Source: the human T2T-CHM13v2.0 reference genome, Homo sapiens. From it: a stretch of 64,000 bases of DNA. Positions 60,560-64,000 of this stretch are shown here, in pieces; position 1 is the first letter of the stretch; each line of letters opens with the position of its first letter. The notes under the pieces are model-generated. The model saw nothing but the letters and a program-made list of their open reading frames with translations, was not told where the DNA came from and ran no database searches. The DNA is taken from the NCBI RefSeq assembly GCF_009914755.1, contig NC_060930.1, one strand, 5' to 3'. Both the position numbers and the translations under genes were made by a program.

Positions 60560-61200
60560 AAGGGAGATATTGTTCCACTTTTGGCTCACAGCCCTTAAGA
60601 AATCATTCTGAAAAAGTGTTGTGCTGTGACCCAACACTTTTTATTGAACTGCCAGTTCATGTGTGAGAGGTCCTTCTGTTTGCCCTTCAATGTCCTGGGG
60701 TTTAAAGGATAGCAAAAGCCTGACTTAATCACCAGGCCTGCAGCATGGCCACAGTGCAGAAGGACCATCTTTCTCCACCACTCTAATGTTCACAGTTCCT
60801 TTTGAGATGCATTGGTTCCCAGAGGTGTATTCTTCAGTATAAGCTGGCTTGGGTCTCGCTGAGCACTTATTGTCCTTTTCCTTTAGTATCTCTTCAACTC
60901 TGAAGAAAATACTTTGCTCAGCAGCTAATCTGCTTTCCCTCATTGCCTTGATATCATGCACAAAGAAAAAAAAACTTCTTAAAATCCTTTTACAAAACTT
61001 TGTCCATGGTAATAGAGTCTTTGACAACTCTTCACCACTGGGCAAGTGCAGGCTTTCTTTGGCACTTCACATTTTTCTGAGGGTCATAATTCCTGCAAAT
61101 AGTCATACACGCAGGTTAACCATGCTTTCAACTTTCACTGAAGTTCTGTCCATTGATAGGTGAATTAATTTTTCACTATTAGAACATTCACTTTTGGTGG
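60560..61200 (-). mobile_element. Highly diverged pogo/Tigger-type transposase remnant
   Basis: Minus-strand translation gives HDIKAMRESRLAA (cf. HNIKVQGEAASA) and LNPRTLKGKQKDLSHMNWQFNKKCWVT (cf. NPRALK..LPV.W..NKKAWVT); boundaries approximate. Confidence 0.65.
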
Positions 61201-61854
61201 ATTTGCCAGTGCTCAAGTGATTGAGTTGTGGACTTCTACATTCTACACTTTAATTTATTCTATGCTTGTATTTTTAGACAACAATCACTTAAGAATTTTT
61301 ATTTTCATTTTATTATATTTGCTAGCAGTTAACCTTTTCTGATAAACTTTTCTGATTTTATACAAAAACCAAAGCTAAGAAAAAAAAGAAAAGAAGAAAT
61401 CAATCCCTCAAGAGCATTACTGTGCTTGAAATTATAGGCTGAAAGCAACAAAATAGGACGCTGAGTGTGATGGAGACCCAGGCTTACGTGCTATTCAAAT
61501 AGCTTGCTCTTGCCTGTCCAAGAGAGATCAGGTCCCTGCTTTTGTTAAATCGTGAATGACTCCACATTCTGAATCTGTAGGGTTGTTTTTAAATTGTTGA
61601 ATTTAAAAATAATTTAAACATCATGAAACAATTTAAAAACATGAATTTAAAACATGAATTTAAAAACAATTTAAACATCAATTTAAAAACAATCGTGAAA
61701 GATAAACCTTGCTTTGCCCCAGTTCCAGATATTAAATGTTCTGCATAACAATGAAAATTGTGTTTAAAATGTTTTACAAATTTTATTCAATTATTGTTTT
61801 AAAGTAAAGTTTTTTAGTATGTGGCGAAATAAATACTTGTAGGTACATTTAGTT

Positions 61855-62365
61855 TGTTAAAAGAAAAACTTTAGAGAAAAAGTTAACAGGGTTTATTTGA
61901 GCAAAGGATAATTCGTGAATCAGGCAGCACTTAGAACCAGAAGTGGTTCAGTGAGCTCTGCCCAGTAGTGTCAGCAGTGATCTTTTATAGACTGAATACA
62001 AGCATAGAAAAAACAAAAAAAAAAAAACTGGAAAAATCACTTGATTAGGTACAAGTAGGAATCTGCATTATTCGGGCATAGTGTGATAAGGCATTTGCCT
62101 TTTTTGGGCATGATGCAATAAGGCATTTGCTTTATTTGGGCAAGTTCTAATCAGTTGGTTGCCTGCTGTTAGCTGAATCTTGACTGTTTGCAATGGGCTG
62201 AATTGCAAACAGGGCTGTAACTATGTGTAACTATTTGTTACAAAAAATATACTCCTAAATTACATTGTGGTTTGTTTACCTACTAAGTTAGGTGGAGTTT
62301 GTTTGTAGGAACTCAAAGTAGGAGACAGCCTCAGGTTAATGTCCTCTTGCTTATGTAATTTAATG
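61855..62365 (-). mobile_element. ERV1 solo LTR (MER57/MER93 group)
   Basis: TGTTAAAAGAAAAACTTTAG..GTTTATTTGAGCAAAG..TCGTGAATCAGGCAGC; 4-bp TSD AGTT at 61851-4 and 62366-9; internal ~32-bp tandem repeats at ~62060-62145. Confidence 0.82.
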
Positions 62366-63251
62366 AGTTTATATGCAGTGAAGCCTGGTTTTCCTTAAGG
62401 TTTGTGTTTTATAGAAGAATGGAGCTCCTAGAAAATAAGAAACCTATCTTTCTGTAATTAAGTGAGATGTATTTTTTCCACTTGCATTCTTCTCATAGAG
62501 ACATGATTATAGAAAAATAATCAATCTGTGATGATGATCTCTGAGCTGAATATTAACATCTTTTAAAATGGATTTTTCAGATCTTTAATTGGCAACTGAT
62601 AGTATTTGGCTTTGTGATGAACTTTTGGATGGACATCATTTAATTCTTACCAATTTGTTTTATTTTCCAAATATTGTCTTATCAACATTGTTTGTACTAA
62701 GTCATTAATTTTTTAGTAGATACAGATTTTAACTTTGACTTCAGCCTTAAATGAAATTGTCTATACAGCGTTTTTTTTCCCCAAATGCTGATTTAAACTT
62801 TTTATTGAAGATATCACTAAAAAATTATCTTCTTATTTGGATTAATTGCTCAATACATTTTGTTAGGTGAGTTTCCAGTTACATTTTTAAAGGTTTTATG
62901 AAAGGCATTCTGTGATATGGAATATTATATGAAATGATCAAATGTAGTAGGGTTTATACTTAATTTTACAAAATTTAAATGCCTACCCACATTTAGTGGT
63001 TAATTTAATGCATTAGTTTTAAGTACAACATGTATCATGAATAGTTTTTGTTGAATAGTGCCCAATACCCTTCCTTTTATTTGATTTTTAAATGGTGTAT
63101 ACTTTTTAAAAAGTAAAATACCCAATATAAATATAAATTTTGTGCAACATTTATATTGAGCTAGTTCATTACAGTCCAATAAATCCTCAAATAGGAAAAG
63201 AGTAACTCATTTAAAAATGACTGCTGCTTTACCTGTTTTTTATGTTTAAAG

Positions 63252-63260
63252 GTAAAAAAG
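63252..63260 (+). other. Candidate 9-nt microexon (speculative)
   Basis: ..TGACTGCTGCTTTACCTGTTTTTTATGTTTAAAG|GTAAAAAAG|GTAAGC. Confidence 0.25.
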
Positions 63261-63729
63261 GTAAGCCTAAATTCCATCTATAAAAGTGCCTTTTTGATGT
63301 GTTTTATACACTTCTCTGCATCTCAGATCCTTTTAATGTTTTCAGAAAATGTACTGAACGACCAGATGTTGGAATTTGAGTTACCTGGAATTCTCTTGTT
63401 GACAGTTTATAAACATAACTTGCATTTTTCTTAAAGTCACATGATATATTTGTTTTACTTCCTAAGATCTAATGTATAGAAAGGCACAGCAACTTAATTT
63501 CAGTAGTGATTATTTAGAGCTATAGCATCTGAATATAAATAAGAAAAAATGTGGTTATTCTGCTGAACTTATAACATCACCATTCATCTGTAAATGAGAA
63601 GGTTGGGAGATTTTGTTTCCTCCATTGACTTAACCTAACATTGTCTGTTCATTATCTTCTTTACTTAATATTTGTTTGTGTACTTTTGAGGAACAGAATT
63701 CCAGAGGCCAAATAAAATAAAAGCTTATC

Positions 63730-63765
63730 TATTAGTCAGGATTTTCCAGAAAAACAGAACCAATA
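63730..63765. mobile_element. MLT2-type LTR terminus, cut by L1
   Basis: TATTAGTCAGGATTTTCCAGAAAAACAGAACCAATA. Confidence 0.55.
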
Positions 63766-64000
63766 AAGAACAAAATAGAGGCATCATGCTACCTGACTTC
63801 AAACCATACTACACGGCTACAGTAACCAAAACGGCATGGTACTGGTACCAAAACAGATATATAGATCAATGGAACAGAACAGAGACCTCAGAAATAACAC
63901 CACATATCTACAACAATCTGATCTTTGACACACCTGATAAAAACAAGCAATGGGGAAAGGATTCCCTATTTAATAAATGGTACTGGGAAAACTGGCTAGC
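63766..64000 (+). mobile_element. 5'-truncated L1PA ORF2 region, continues past window
   Basis: GGCATCATGCTACCTGACTTCAAAC..GCATGGTACTGGTACCAAAACAGA..GGGGAAAGGATTCCCTATTTAATAAATGG. Confidence 0.92.

Overview
This is AT-rich, CpG-depleted primate (most likely human) genomic DNA, apparently intronic or intergenic. I recognise no protein-coding exon of a host gene. The long ORFs in the track belong to LINE-1 or Tigger transposase remnants, and the rest are short chance ORFs. The main structure is an 11.6-kb nested stack (27780-39409): a full-length Tigger1 DNA transposon interrupted by three insertions. The first is an old 5'-truncated L1PA carrying a ~240-bp internal tandem duplication, with an AluY in one copy and an L1PA7-like fragment in the other. 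The second is a full-length ~6.17-kb L1PA3-like element that keeps the ~129-bp ZNF93-binding 5'UTR segment and an open antisense ORF0. The third is an Alu monomer. The window also holds a near full-length Tigger2, a Tigger3a/MER7, a very diverged Tigger-type transposase remnant, MaLR and ERV1 solo LTRs, many Alus, L2/MIR/CR1 relics and a 5' U2 snRNA retro-fragment. The most unusual observations are repair or insertion scars. One is a 91-bp-arm fold-back inversion at the 5' junction of a truncated L1 (43401-43871). Another is a ~135-bp locally templated insertion inside Tigger2 (56063-56815). A candidate 9-nt microexon (63252-63260) and a CTCF-like site (50255-50289) are lower-confidence functional leads. 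I see no convincing evidence of a new multi-gene system. Subfamily calls come from recalled consensus sequences, not from a database search.
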